Shown: positions 13,003 through 27,908, counted from the first letter of the whole stretch. The stretch is DNA of 63,236 nt, filler included, from Octopus bimaculoides (GCF_001194135.2; 7 parts of 7 records of this genome joined end to end with filler, not necessarily neighbours in it), one strand, 5' to 3'. Notes: generated from the letters alone by a model not told the origin. Numbers and translations are program-made.

Positions 13003-13905
13003 TGTTTTGCTCGTATATATCTGCTGGTGAGTTTGCACTGGTGAGCATCTTCGTGATGGTTATCAACCTTATCACGCTTCCTATATACTCGCTACAACAA
13101 GTGCCAAACACTGTAGTACTTACCACTTGCAGGCTTTGTTGCTGTTTTACTAGGTAAAAATCTCTTTGTCCGTGCGTATATGTGCATGTGTGTGTGTGTG
13201 TGTGTGTGTAATGGAACTTCGCTTTGAAACCAGTTATCATTAACACAATATTGTAATACTGGAACGTGCTAATTAACGAGACTTCACCAGTAGAGAGCCC
13301 AAACATGTATGTACTCATGCTATTGACGAGATTTTTGATGATACGCGTTATGCGGCTGGAGTCCCATTTCGTAGCACATGGCAATATGTCATTTGGCTTT
13401 TTAAAATAATGCTTTAAAATAATATTTAGGAAATTTACTCTGTTCACTGGCCTTTGTGCGATTCTGTGTATATGCATATGGAGTTTGTGTGTGTGTGTGT
13501 GTGTGTGTGTTTACGTGCATTATCCGATGGATACAGGTATGCTAAACAAGATATTAGTGTTTCTCAAATTTGTACAATTTTCTATTGAAATCTTTTTATT
13601 ACTAATTTTAAGGCTATAGTGCGCTGGACAGAATGCTTAGCGGTATTTCGTCTGTCTTTACTCTCTGAGTTCAAATTCCGCCAAAGTCGATTTTGTCTTT
13701 CATCCTTTCGAGGTCGATAAATACCAGTTGCGTACTGGTGCTGATATAATCGACTGGCCCCGCCCCCTAAAATTTTGGGCCTTCTGCCTAATGTAGAAAA
13801 TATTATTGTTATTGTCATTTCACTTCTCAGATCTTTCGATTTCACTTGCTCTAGTTACATCTGTAAGAGCAGACAAGAACCTATACCCAAGGGTCTCACT
13901 CATTA

Positions 13906-13947
<42 letters not shown>

Positions 13948-16309
13948 NNNNNNNNNNNNNNNNNNNNNNNNNNNNNNNNNNNNNNNNNNNNNNNNNNNNN
14001 NNNNNNNNNNNNNNNNNNNNNNNNNNNNNNNNNNNNNNNNNNNNNNNNNNNNNNNNNNNNNNNNNNNNNNNNNNNNNNNNNNNNNNNNNNNNNNNNNNNN
14101 NNNNNNNNNNNNNNNNNNNNNNNNNNNNNNNNNNNNNNNNNNNNNNNNNNNNNNNNNNNNNNNNNNNNNNNNNNNNNNNNNNNNNNNNNNNNNNNNNNNN
14201 NNNNNNNNNNNNNNNNNNNNNNNNNNNNNNNNNNNNNNNNNNNNNNNNNNNNNNNNNNNNNNNNNNNNNNNNNNNNNNNNNNNNNNNNNNNNNNNNNNNN
14301 NNNNNNNNNNNNNNNNNNNNNNNNNNNNNNNNNNNNNNNNTATATATATATATATATGTATGTATGTATGTATGTATATGCATATTCACGTATGTATATA
14401 CCTATCTATGTGTGTGTGTGTTTGTGTGAGTGAAACACAGAGAGAGAGAAAGGGAGTTAGGGAGAGTCTGTGTACGTAGGTATGTGCTCTGAGGATGTGT
14501 GGCCATGTGTATTTGTGAATGTCATGCCTCATATAACAAACAAATAGTTGCTTGAAATATTGGTGTAGTTACGGCCCCAATATTGACAAAAGAAAAGAAG
14601 AAATGTGACAGGAATCACGAAGAACGACGAAAACAATTTGACTAAAACCTTTTTTATATTCAATTATGATCGTATCTCGATCGTATCTAAATTAGAAAGA
14701 AGCAGGGTGTGGAAAATAATTAATAAAAACTGAAAGAAATGACATGAAGTTACGTAGATGAAACACTGAGTTTATTGTACATATCGTCGTTGAATATACT
14801 CTTTTCTACTCTAGGCACAAGGCCCGAAATTTTGGGGATAGGGCCAGTCGATTAGATCGACCCCAGTACGCAACTGGTGCTAATTTATCATCCCCGAAAA
14901 GATAAAATGCGGAATTTGAACTCAGAACATAAAGATAGATGAAGTATCACTAAGCATTTGGGCCGGCGTGCTAATGTTTCTTATTTCTTCATTGCCCACA
15001 AGGGGCTAAACATAGAGGGGACAAACAAAGACAGACAAAGGGATTAAGTCGATTACAGGACTAGGCCACTCAAACAACTTTTCAGACTTAGTGCCTATTG
15101 CTTAAGTGACTGCTTGGTAAGAATCATACTACGTAACCACATGGTTGCAGGTTCCATCTCACTGCGTACCACCCTGGACAAGTGTCTTCTCCTCTATGCT
15201 CGGGCCGACCAAAGCAAATATTAGTGGGTTTAGTAGACGAAAACTGAAAGTGTGCCGTCGAACACATATATGAGTGTGTGTGTGCGTGTGAGTGTGTGTG
15301 TGTGTGAGTGTGTGTGTTAGTGTGTGTGTTTGAGTGTGTGTGTGCGTGTCTTTTTGTCTCTGTTTGTCCTCCACCACCGTTTACAAACGGTGTTAATGTG
15401 TTTGTGTGTTTCCCGTAACTTAGCGGTTTGGTAATGAGAAAAGAAAGACTAAATATCAGGATTTAAAAAAATTAAGTACTGAAGTCGATACACACATACA
15501 CACACACACACACACATACACACACTTTCAATTTCCGTCTACAAAATCCATTCTCATACGATTGGTCGGCTCGAGGTTGGAGTAGAAACACTTGCCTAAG
15601 GTGCCACGCAGTGGGACGGAACCTGTAATCATATATGCATAATATGAGTATATGTGTATGTACGTGTACGTGTATGTGCACAAATATGTATATATACAAA
15701 TGTGCGTGTGTGTGTATGTTTCTATGTGCGCGTGCGTGCGCGCGTGCGTGTGTATAGGTGAAGTATGTTTATGGCTTGAGTCAACGTTGTAGTCTATGCA
15801 AACGCCTTTCAGGAGATATGACTATAGAATTCTGTTATATCCACGAAGTTCAAACAGCTTTCAAACCTAGCTGCAGAAATTTTACATATGATGAAACACC
15901 TCCGTCAGTTTCCACGTGGGAATCTTCTGGTTTTTGATCAATTGAACAACTTCTTCGTTAAATTAATGAGCATGATATATCTATACTACACAGCAACATC
16001 TAATCTGAGTGTTATTCTCAAGAACAATTAGCTTCACGGTGTTTGAGAATATTAAACCTTTAAATTACGAGTACTGTCAATCTACGGAGCTTGTACAGCT
16101 TTTCCGTTCACATAACCGAACTTATAAGAGTTTTGGCCACTGACACTTGCCAGTAATTGCAAGACCGAATACGTTGCTGGTGTTGTTTGTATGATAGAAA
16201 AGCAATAATAATAACAATAATCGACCAGGGCACTCCCTCAAACTTTCACGCTTTGTTTCTTTAGTAGAAAGAATATTATACATATCTATACAAATACTTC
16301 AACGCAGCA

Positions 16310-16983
16310 AAGGCGGTGAGCTAGCAGAATCGTTAGCACGCCGACGAAAAGGCTTGTCGGTATTTCGTCTGTCTTTGCGTTCTGAGTTCAAATTTAGAAG
16401 ACGTCGACTCTACCTTTGGTCCTTTTGGGGTCGACGAAATAAGTACCAGTTGAGCACTGGGCTCAATGCAATTGACTTACCTCCTCCCACAAATTTGCTG
16501 ACCATGTGCCAAAATTTTAAATTGATATTCAGCGTAGAAGTTTGAAGAGTGGCTAGCACGCCCAGGAAAAGGCTAGCTAGCATTTCGTCTGTTGCTACGT
16601 TCCGAGTTCAAACTCCGCTGACGTCGACTTTGCCTTTCATTTTTTCGGGGTCGATAAAACAAGTGCCAGTTGAGTACTGGGGTCGATGTAATTAACTTAC
16701 CCCCTTCCTCGAACTTGTTGGTCTTGTGCCAAATTTCGAAACCAATATTTAACGAAGGAAAATCTGTGAGCTGGCAGAAACGTTAGCACGCCGAGAGAAA
16801 ATGCTTCGCGGCGTTTTGTCCGTCATTACATTCTGAGTTCAAATTCCAATGAGGTAGACATTGCCGTCCATCCTTTCAAGGTCGATAAAATAAATACCAG
16901 TTGAGCACTGGTGTTCATGCAATCGACTTCCCGCTTCTGACTAACATGCTGTCCTAGTCCCAACATTTGAAACTTAGTATTTA
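16310..16983 (+). mobile_element. Three head-to-tail SINE family 1 copies (about 225-bp spacing)
   Basis: Copies start near 16310, 16545 and 16765, each with the core and the GTGCCAAA.TTT tail. Confidence 0.8.
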
Positions 16984-17012
16984 ACGTAGCTTACTCTTGA
17001 AATACCCAGCAT

Positions 17013-17229
17013 CTATTTCTTTACTGCCCACAAGGGGCTACACACAGAGGAAACAAACAAGGACAGACAAATGGATTAAGTCGATTATATCGACCCCAGT
17101 GCGTAACTGGTACTTGTTTAATCGACCCCGAAAGGATGAAAAGCAAAGTCGACCTCGGCGGAATTTGAACTCAGAACGTAACAGCAGACGAAATACCGCT
17201 AAGCATTTCGCCCGGTAAGCTCGCCGCCT
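17013..17229 (-). mobile_element. SINE family 1 subfamily copy with a 16-bp target-site duplication
   Basis: TTGAAATACCCAGCAT at 16997-17012 and 17230-17245. Confidence 0.88.
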
Positions 17230-19744
17230 TTGAAATACCCAGCATAGGATATGTGCAACCGTTTTCTATCGTAATATTTAGACATGGATGTAGTGTAACT
17301 CTCGTGACAGGAGATGAACCGTTGATATAGCGTTCTTATGTGGAATACTTTCTTATCTCAGTGAGATAAAGAAACACCTTTGGTTCTCTTTTCTTAGTTT
17401 AAATTATATAAAGTGATATTATAAAATATATCAGGAAATACTCGATATTTATTACATGCGAAATCAAATATTCCAATTTTAGATTTCACAATTTCAGATT
17501 CAATATCGAATTATTATATATTAAAGATACGTATGCACCCCCGCCCACCACACATACACACACAGACACGCACACGCCTATACATATGAGGCATATACAA
17601 TACATATATGCCACATGCACACGCATTTATACACATATTTTTGCATATATATACGTATATATGTGTGTGTGTATGTGTGTATATATATATATGTGTATAT
17701 GTATATATGTGTGTGTGTATTATGTATATATATATATATATATACGCTTCTGCATGTATATATGGGTATGTATATATATTACATATATATACACACATAT
17801 ACCCCTACATTGCATATTTACGCACACCAAGAATGTATAGATAAATCAACACATATGCACGTTATATATATACATATATATATGTATATATATATCTATA
17901 TATCTATCTATATATATATATATGCATATACTTATGTAAATGTACATTTAATACATAAGTACAAACATACATAGGCATGTCTGTATGTGTGTGTATATAT
18001 ATATGTATGTATTACGTATATATATATATTTATATATATATTTATACAGGTATATAGTCTGCATGTGTGTGGGTTTTCAATATGTATGAAACACCCTATC
18101 AAATCGACAAAATTTCGGATATTAGCTCGAAGAATATAAAACCCAAAATTGCGATATTGACCAAGAATATGAATATATTATGTGGATGCGTGCGCACGTA
18201 TGTGTACCTACATGTGTGCATTATATACGTGTATATAAATATACGTGGAAATATGAAAATACACTCATCTTCCAGAACATCTTTCACAACACCTGTATAG
18301 ATTTAGGACTACATAAAGTAGAAACAAATCTATCTACCCATCTTCTCTTTCCCTCGTTGCGTTTCTCTGTCTTTCACATTCGGTGGTTAAATTGTACTAG
18401 TGTTAAATAATCAAAATACTGTCGTTGGTTGTATCATTTGCCGAACCATTTCCTGGAGGATTCGAATCGTACTGCCTTGCTTCCAGTGAGGAATTCTTAA
18501 TTTTGTTGTCATTTCTCAATTTGTTGGACTCATGTTGTGAGCTTAAGTCGCAATGTCGCCACCAGAACAGTTGCATTCTAAAAATCCTTCATTAATCTTA
18601 CATTTTAAACGTTTTGAAATCCATTCGCATTTAATTGATTCACTGTTTCTGAAATTTAGTGTTAAATATTCTCTCTTCTCTCTCTCTCTCTCCCACCTCT
18701 CTTTCTCCCACCTCTCTCTTTCCCACCTCTCTCTCTCCCACCTTTCTCTCCCACCTCTCTCTCTCTCCCACATCTTTCTCTCTTTCTCTCTCTCTCTCTC
18801 TCCCTCTCTCTCTCTTCTATGTCTCTAGTAGCTAAATATTGTTTTAGCTTATTATACATAAGGGTGCAAAATTTTAGTTGACACCAGTATTTTCTTGTGT
18901 ATTTTGTAGAAATATTCAGAGTCGATAAAGATATTGGATTTGCTCAATGACAGTTATGGCCACTTCACATTATTAACCTATATTTCCTTCATGTGTTGCG
19001 TCCTTTTTTTAATAGTGTACAACGATTGGAGGACAGACGAATGGAGATGAAAATGGCAGCGAAGAAGTAGATGCAACAGCGAACATTCAAATCCTTCAAA
19101 CTCGTTTGTATGGAGCAATGTTGAGTAATAACTTCGTAAAAAGAAAGAGCTACTCTTTTTTCTTAAATATTAGAAAGTCCCAAAGAAGGCGAGAAGCCAC
19201 TTAGTGTAAGGGAATAACATGAAATAGAAATTAAGGCGAAAGGAATGAGTTTATTTTAGACATGAAAGTTTTCACGTTATAAGAAGAAGGAAAGCAATGA
19301 TATGGAAGAGTGTTCCAAAGCCTGAAAGTTTGAGAGGAAAAGCTATGACCGTAGAAAAACCTTTTCATTCATGGACATGCAACAGCGTTTGAAGGAACAT
19401 CCGTGCTCTGAACGGCATATGTCAGTTTATAAAAGTATCTGCCCACTGTTTCAAGACTTCCGGTATAAATTTTCTATTTTCAAATTAACTCATGTTATTC
19501 TATTCGTTTCTTTTCTCTTTTACATTTCCCAGTCATTAGACTACGGCCATGCTGGGACACTGCCTTGAATTTGTCTTTTTTAGTCGAAAAAATTGACATC
19601 AGTACTTCTTTTTATAAGCCTGTCACTTATTCCATCCATCACTTTTGCCGAACACAGCTAAGGAACGGGAACGTAAACACACTGACACCGGTTGTGAAGA
19701 AGTGGTGGTAGTGGGACTAATACAGACACAAAGACACACGCACG

Positions 19745-19776
<32 letters not shown>

Positions 19777-20093
19777 TATATGTATAAAGTTGAGTTAAAT
19801 TAGAGGTTATAAAAACCGACTAAGGGATATTTATATCCAGTAAATTACTGATGTATCTAATGAATTATTTAAGTTAGTATAATTTCTAACAGTGATAATA
19901 ATTATTATTGTAATAATTTGCCTGATTAATAGCGTGAACAGAAACAGCTGTTAGATGAGATATTGTCTTTTTTGTAATCAATAAATAATAAATGATGTTT
20001 ATCAATTATCAATTTTATATCCACTATATCCATTTTCTTATTTTTCCTTATATATATTAATATATGTATACACACACACACACACATATATAT

Positions 20094-20144
<51 letters not shown>

Positions 20145-22990
20145 CGACGAGCTTTTTTTTCTACACTATCCACTCAGAAGGCTTTGGTCGGCGCGAGGCT
20201 AGAGTAGAAGACACTTGCTGAAGGTTCCACGCAGTGGTATTGAACCCGGAACTATATTGTTGAGAAGCTTACCTTGCAATACATATTTATTTTTTCCTCC
20301 CATGCCACACTATTTTCCCTGTTTTTTTTTTTTGTATCACATTCTTTCTTTCGTTCAATGATTCGCAGTACTCTTAACCATCCTTCCTATTTTTACTTGT
20401 CCATCACTGCTTACTAACTCCCCCTCTCTCCCCGAAAAGTGGCTCACTAAATTTGCATGTTATACTTCCATATTCAAACAGAGGCGTTGTTTAATACCAC
20501 TCCGACATAAATATACAATATCTCCGCAATATCTGTAAACTTACTAATTCTCTTCTTTCTATCTATCTCTCATTTTCCTCTCTGTGTTCTGTGCTAAATC
20601 AGCATTATAACTTTCTGTGTTAAGTCAGTTTTATAGCCTAGATATCTTACAATATGTATTTTCGTGTTTACTTTCTCTCTTTCGTAAACATATACTACCT
20701 GGATATAAAACTTATTGAAGCATTAACAACACACTAAAGCAAATAAACGACTTGATTCTTCTATCACTTTCGATCTGTTTTCTCTGTCAATTTTTCTGCT
20801 CTCCTGTTTAATTACTTTAATTTTTTCTTTATATTTTCTTTTTTCATGTGACGTCATCTTTGTTTCATTCCGTCTTTCTCTGTTTCCTCGTTTTTCTACT
20901 CTTTCCTGAATATGTTTTACTACAGCTTTTGATTACTCAATAATACTTTGATGTGCCTCCATAGTTAAATATTCGAATGGAAGGAATATTTGTTTCAAAT
21001 TTTGGCACAAGGCCAGCAATTTTGGAGGAGGAGTATGTGTTATTTCCTACGGTTTGATCAACCATGAAGAGTTCTTTTCTTGGCATGTAGTGTTTATCAT
21101 GATGCTACTGATAGCGAAATGGATGGGTTTTTTTTTATCACGAAAGGGACCACAAGCGGGCGCGCACCCCCACCCCTACCCACACACACACACACACACG
21201 CAGAAGCATATCTGTGATATAAATTATTGTTTTCAAGCGATCTAACAATTCTGCCAACTCACCGCTAAATGATAACGATTCAAATTTTTGGAAAAAAGAA
21301 AAAGGTTATCAATTTCGAGGGAGACGGAAGTTGATTACAACGATCCCAGCGCTCAACTGCTACTTATTTTATCACCCCCGAAGGACAAAAGGCAAAGTCG
21401 AACTTGGCGGCATTTGAACTCAGAATGTAAAGACGTACGAAATGCCGCTAAGCATTTTGCCCTGCATGCTAACGACTCTGCCAGTTCCTTGAAATGAAAG
21501 AATATTAATATCAGTAAAAGTCACATTTAGCACGCATCTACATCAAATTGTAGATTATATTCTTTCTTTTCACCTAAAGGTTGTTTTCAGCAAGCAGAAA
21601 CAATATTCGAGCAGTAAAAATAACGGATCAAATATCTTTCGCGAGCCATGGACTCCTAAGGTCAGTTTCCTGGGTACTGTGGCGTATATATCCCGCCACA
21701 TCCTCCTCCCTGGACGAGAGGCAGTTCATTTGCAGAATTACTCATTTTTGCCACATTAGTGGACAAGAGGAACGGGAAATGAAGTGGTTTGCTCAAGAAC
21801 ATAAAACATTGCCCAGTTCAGAAACCGAAATCACAATCTAACGACCATGAGCGCCACAACTTAACCACGAAACCACATGCCTATACAAGGAGTCGACAGC
21901 GGTGAAATCACAGGATCATCACATTAGGAGAAAATGTCATGTGGTATTTAGTTACCTACCTTTAAATTCAACCTTATATATCTGCCTTCATTTTCAAGCT
22001 CGAACTGCAGCCTAGGCTGGTTTTTCCTTTCGTACATCCGTGATCGTTAAAATGAGTATCAGACAAAAATGCTGGTTATACAACCATGCAAGAGGGCAGT
22101 AAACTGGCATAATCTTTAGTACGAATGGCTAAATGCTTAGCGGCATTTCGTCCGGTATTACGTCCTGAGTTCACTTATACTGCTGATAGTAAGTTCAAAG
22201 TTTTACCAGTGATGTCATTCTCGAACACTTTAAATAAGCGCCTGAGGCAAAGAACTTGGAAGTCACTAACAACAATTTTCTAAGAAGTCTTTTTGTAAGT
22301 CTTTTGATTATATGATTAAGAATATTTACTCATTCAATGCAGTGGGTTGGCAGAAATGTTAGCACATCGGTCGAAATGCTTAGCGGTATTTCTTCTGTCT
22401 TTACGTTCTGAGTTCAAATCCCGCCGAGGTCGTATTTCTCTTTCATTCTTTCGGGGTCGATAAATTAAGTACCAGTTGCGCACTGGGATCGACTCAATCG
22501 ACTGGCTCCGCTCCGCCAAAACTTCGGGCCTGTGCCTAGAGAAGAAAAGGATAATTACTATCTATATATCCATGTGTATACATGTGTGTGCTTCTGTGCC
22601 TGCATTCATGCATGTGAAAATGCATGTATACATGCACAGATACACACACATGTACTCACATGCATATATCAATAGTATACAAGTTTGAATGTATGTACAT
22701 ATTAAATACATACAAACACACACGCGCTCTCATCTCTCTCTTTATGCATAGAAGCATGCATAATATTATGTATGTGATATTGGCATCATATTACGAATAC
22801 ATTATGTATTAAGGGCAAATATTTCACTTATAAATACTGAGTGAATGTACACGGACGCTTTGCTTTTAAAAAAGCACAATACGTCATATAAAAGGAAAAC
22901 GCTAATAATATATACGTGAGATGAGAAAATACAAGAGATGGAATGATCTTAGCTGGACTTTCTTTGGTGATCGATTTTCTCGTTTTGTAA

Positions 22991-23089
22991 TCTGGGACTC
23001 AATAGGGCCAGTTATCCCGTCATTCTGGGACTCAATAGGGCCAGTTATCTCATCATTCTGGGACTCAATAGGGCCAGTTATCCTGTCAC
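22991..23089. repeat. 3 x 33-bp tandem repeat (TCTGGGACTCAATAGGGCCAGTTATC...CAT)
   Basis: Units start at 22991, 23024 and 23057; no spacers between them. Confidence 0.92.
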
Positions 23090-23420
23090 CAGACCGGGCG
23101 TTGTGAGTGCTTATTGAGCGAAAACGCCTAAAGCTCCATGAGGCTCCGGCAGGGGTGGTTGGCGAACCCTGCTGTACTCTTTCACCACAACTTTCTCTCG
23201 CTCTTTCTTCCTGTTTCTGTTGTGTCTGTATTTCGAAGGGCTAGCCTTGTTACACTGTGTCACGCTGAATCTCCCCGAGAACTACGTTAAAGGTACACAT
23301 GTCTGTGGAGTGCTCAGCTACTTGCACGTTAATTTCACGAGCAGGCTGTTCCATTGATCGGATCAAGTGGAACCCTCGACGTCATAAGCGACGGAGTGCC
23401 AACAACAACAACAGCAACAA
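23089..23420 (+). mobile_element. SINE family 2 copy, 5'-truncated, with (CAA)n tail
   Basis: Reverse complement of 40177-40480; starts at CCAGACCGGGCG. Confidence 0.85.
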
Positions 23421-24381
23421 TATTACTTATGCAGAAGCTCCTGCCGTTCAGGGAAAAGTTTGAATATCAAGAATAATTTGGGAAGTATGAAGAAATTAGA
23501 AATAGCTGATGTAGTTTTCTTATGGATATTCCTGTGAGTAATAATAGAGACAAATCGTCACCGCTATGTATCGTACACTTTTGCACTGCGTTGATGACGC
23601 TGCAACAAAATATTTCCTCATCACGCGTGAATTCTCCCATCGGAGGAAGCCATTTTGTTTTCTTCGCTCTGATTTCCTCATAGTGTTATCTTGGCAGATA
23701 TATCAGGCTGCTTTGCCATTACCTTCCCTAAAATGAACGGGCATTGGCCTACGAGGAGCTCATCTGTCCCCCGACAGTTCTTGCTTATTCAGTTTACTGT
23801 TGGACGTCCAGAAACCTTTCTTCAGAAGAGTAGGAAGCTACACAAGTGGGTAGATGGTTTGGTCGCTTTCCAATCGGGGTACTATCAAAACCAGTACTAC
23901 CATTGAAACAGGTGGAAATGGTTTGCATGGTACAAGTTGCCGGTCTCCTTAGCCTCTGATGACATCCTTGATCTGGCTCAGAATAACAATGAATACATAG
24001 ACTCTAATAGATGTGTTCATCATACTCTACACGCTTGTATTGTCAAGTGGGTTTCGGCTGGTGTATAATAAAGAAAAACAACGCAAAAATAACCTGTAGT
24101 AGTAAAAAAAAAACATAAACAAAACCCAAATGTACAAGCATATATACGTGCACATATACATACATATATGCTTATATACATGATTTACATACAGACAGAG
24201 AGATTTTGAGAAATATATACCTCTACATATTTATATACATGTGTAAATACATATATACATACAAATATATATATGTATATATATACATGCATGTACCTGA
24301 TATACAAATATATGTGTGTATATATACACGTATGTATTATATACGTATATATATATAGATGTATATATATATATATATATA

Positions 24382-24481
24382 NNNNNNNNNNNNNNNNNNN
24401 NNNNNNNNNNNNNNNNNNNNNNNNNTTAATTAATTAANNNNNNNNNNNNNNNNNNNNNNNNNNNNNNNNNNNNNNNNNNNN
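24382..24481. other. Artificial 100-bp assembly linker
   Basis: 44N + TTAATTAATTAA (24426-24437) + 44N; cuts a talin exon. Confidence 0.93.
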
Positions 24482-24527
24482 GGCCAGCATACGAACATCG
24501 TGTGAAAACTCGTTCATGTTTGAAGAA
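24482..24527 (-). CDS. TLN: Talin exon, truncated by an assembly linker after 46 nt: (I)SSNMNEFSHDVRMLA
   Basis: Acceptor ccattttcag; phase completes the AT|T codon; matches ISSNLTEMSRGVKLLA; runs into the N-run at 24481. Confidence 0.9.
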
Positions 24528-24624
24528 CTGAAAATGGCATCGTGGTCAGGGAAGGGAAAAAAAAAGACAATGTTAAAACATGGAGGAAAAATATAGTTTC
24601 TTTACACTGGAGTAAAGGTGTGTG

Positions 24625-24665
<41 letters not shown>

Positions 24666-27552
24666 GAGAGAGAGGGAGGGAGAGAGAGAGTGTGTATTTG
24701 GATGGCTGGATGTGAATTGTGGTTTTGAGTTTTGCAGATTAAGCAAGTTGTAGAGGATTTGTGAAAGGCCGTCAACACACACACATGAGATTATATAACT
24801 GACAAGAAAATAAGAAATCATGTTATTAACTTCATTAGCTTAAAGCTGTTTCTGCTACAAGATGCAAAGCACTTAGAGTTGAGTGTTTGTGTATCAGCTT
24901 ATTGCTTCTTCAGAGCCTCAAAAACTGAAGTTATATGATCTCTTATTACGCACTGTACTCGATTAATGCTTTTAGCCTGAACTATATGTATACTGAGTTC
25001 TAACACCAGGTTATTAGTATTGTTATGCCTAGGCAATATATATACTTACTAATTCTCTTTATTTTATTTTCATTTGTGGATGTTTTCTAGGCGTTACCCA
25101 TCACTCTAGTGTTTGGCCGAAAGGCTTTAGAGGCTGCCTTTGTCTATCATTTCAAATTGCATTTGTTTACTTTCTTGTCTTATTATCTTTAACTTGTCTA
25201 TCATGTTTTTGCTGATAGTTCCACAAAACAATGATTTTGAAACGTCTACCTTGATGGTAACTTGAACTCGTTTATATCACGTAACTGACACAGACTCCAA
25301 CTGAGAACTCATACAACCGACTCTACTACTACAACTACTACTGACTGGCCTGAACGGCCGATGCCTGTCTTCATAGTGGCTGTGTCATACCACTTGTCAC
25401 ATGAGAAGGGGTGTACCATTTCACTACAACCACAAGTATTACTGTACCTACACAAACACACACACAAACATATATATATACACATTTACACACACTATTG
25501 TAAAGAGGTACAGCTTCAAACCGGAGTTGGCCCAGAGATGATATTTTCATTTAAGGGGAACAATGCTGTTCCAGAAGGAGAAGAGGTGAAGATGGCAGGG
25601 GACAAACACTCACATTGTGTGGATTGCAGCTCCGAGTGCTGTAGCATCTTGCTCTTCCTGGACATTAGTGAGACTCACAAGTTGTGCGGTAGCGGCCCCC
25701 ATAGCTGACAACTGCGCGGTGACCTTTTGCTTCGAAAGATCTAACTCGTTCTCAGCCCATTTCTTTGAAGCCTGGAGGACATGAAGAATATTAAAGAAAA
25801 GAAACAGATAAGAAAAACAAAACAAAATAAACCATGAAGAAATAACAAAGATATGGAGCCTCACAAAGGAAATGACAAAAGACCGAGATATCTGGTGCAT
25901 TCCTGTACTCAAAACGACCCATGTGCCACAGCAGAATTGAAACCAGTCCTGGTGCCGGTGCCACATTAAAAGCACCGGTGCCGGTTCCACGTTAAAAGCA
26001 TCCAGTACACTCTGTAAAGTGGTTGGTGCTAGGAATGGCATCCAGCTGTAGAAACCAGGCCAAAACAGACAATGGAGTCTGGTGCAGCTCTCCAGCCTTG
26101 CCAGTCCCTGTCAAACCATCCAGCCAAGGCCAGCATAGAAGGTGGAGGATGATCATTAAGGAATGTAAAATTAATGTCAAATATTTAGATTATGGTTTCT
26201 GTTATGGGACATTTGGTGTAGGAAATGGCTGTGTGGTGAATATATTTGTTTTAGGACCACATGGCTTTTGGTTCAGTCCTGCCGGGTGGCAGCTTGGGCA
26301 GGGGTGTTTATTAAACAGAAAAGCAAACCCGGTACAGATAGTGCAGTCACCCCTTAACCCTTTAGCATTTAGATAACTTGGTCAAATGATGTAGCCCGAG
26401 GTAGACAGTGGCTCTATGTCAGAATAAAAGGGATGTTGACAACTAAAAGAAATGTAATTATGAGTCTACATGTTAAGGGCAGACACTCTACTAAACAATG
26501 GAGAGGAACTGCAATGGTACATCTGCCTATTTAGGGGAGATCGGAAATTTGGTCTCCGAGGCCTTTTAAAAACAGTAGGGAGTTTGTTGAGGGACAGATT
26601 TGGCTGTTAGATTATGTAACATCAAGTGACTATACAGAAGCTCCTTCACTAGCTCATATGGTCCCTATTTTAACCCTTTAGCATTCAGATTATCCTGCCA
26701 AATGTAATGCTTATCTATTCATCTTGTAGATTTGAGATTTCAATGATGAGATTATTTATAAAACAGCATTTTAGAGTAGGTGTGAGAGGCCAGATCAGGC
26801 CAGTCTGAATCTAAAACAGGTGAGATATTTAGGTTAGATGTGGCCTGTTTAAAAGCCTAAAAGGGTTAAATTTCCCTGGTGACACACCTGTGGAAATGGT
26901 CTCTGGCTCCCAAAACTGAACTAAAAAACCAACAGATTCAACTTAAATATCGAAAAAGAAGCCAAATCGAAATAAATTCTTTCTGGAATTACTTACCGCA
27001 TCAGAGCCAAGCTCAGGCAAATCAGCTTTTTTCGCAAGCTCAGTTTTAGCATAGTCAATATTATCCAACCCCTCCTTAATAGTGGTTAATAGGGCCTTCT
27101 GGGCCTTACTAAGGATAACTTCGCGGACATTCTGACTCTGAAATAGAGAAATGAGTGTAAACAGATCAGTATAAAACATGCATACCTATCAGATCAGAAA
27201 GGAACGGAATTGGTGCCATAAAAACAAAACTACAACCCAGATGTATTCAGTATTTGAAGGTGTCCCCTTTTGAAGCCACACACTTTATCCAGTGTCCTTT
27301 ATTAACAAACAAGCCAAAATGTATATATGTGGTCTCATCAGTAGACTCCTTCTGAAGCCACACACTTTATCCAGCACCGTTTCCATTGATGGAAGCATTC
27401 CTGGAACTCCTTTTTTGGGGATACCAAGCAGCTGCCTTGTTCCATTCTCTTGGATTTCTTCGGCGTCTTGAAATCGTGTTACTTTCAAGTGGGATTTGAT
27501 TTTTTGCTTTAGTTTTAGGGTCAAAGCCATAGACCCATGATTTGTTTCCTGT

Positions 27553-27583
<31 letters not shown>

Positions 27584-27872
27584 ACACACACAGAAATATA
27601 TACATCACACAAATGTACACGAATATATGTAAAATAAGATGCTCACCTGAACTGGAGCTTGTCCCGGGAACATAGGACTGGAGGTTTCACCAAATTCGGC
27701 ACGATTGAATGTGCCGATAGAGATCGTGCCACCTTCAGGCATAGCATCACGGATGACAGCGGGAATAGCTACGTTGCCCGAACTTGGGTGATCGACTTTA
27801 GAATCAACATGTTTAATGATAAAGGCTCTGGGGGGGGGAAGAAAAACAACAAAATATAGGGATTAGTTAGAG

Positions 27873-27908
<36 letters not shown>

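Noticed and set aside
12938-13477. 179-aa minus-strand ORF
   Set aside because: Runs through a (CA)n tract into a SINE; no recognisable domain or consistent exon partners.
22991-23089. CRISPR-like 33-bp repeats
   Set aside because: Contiguous repeats with no spacers, no cas genes, eukaryotic context.
23690-23910. Possible Tc1 transposase remnant (HWPTRSS); similar weak hints at ~54030-54090 and ~19300-19420
   Set aside because: Only one short degenerate motif each; insufficient to call.
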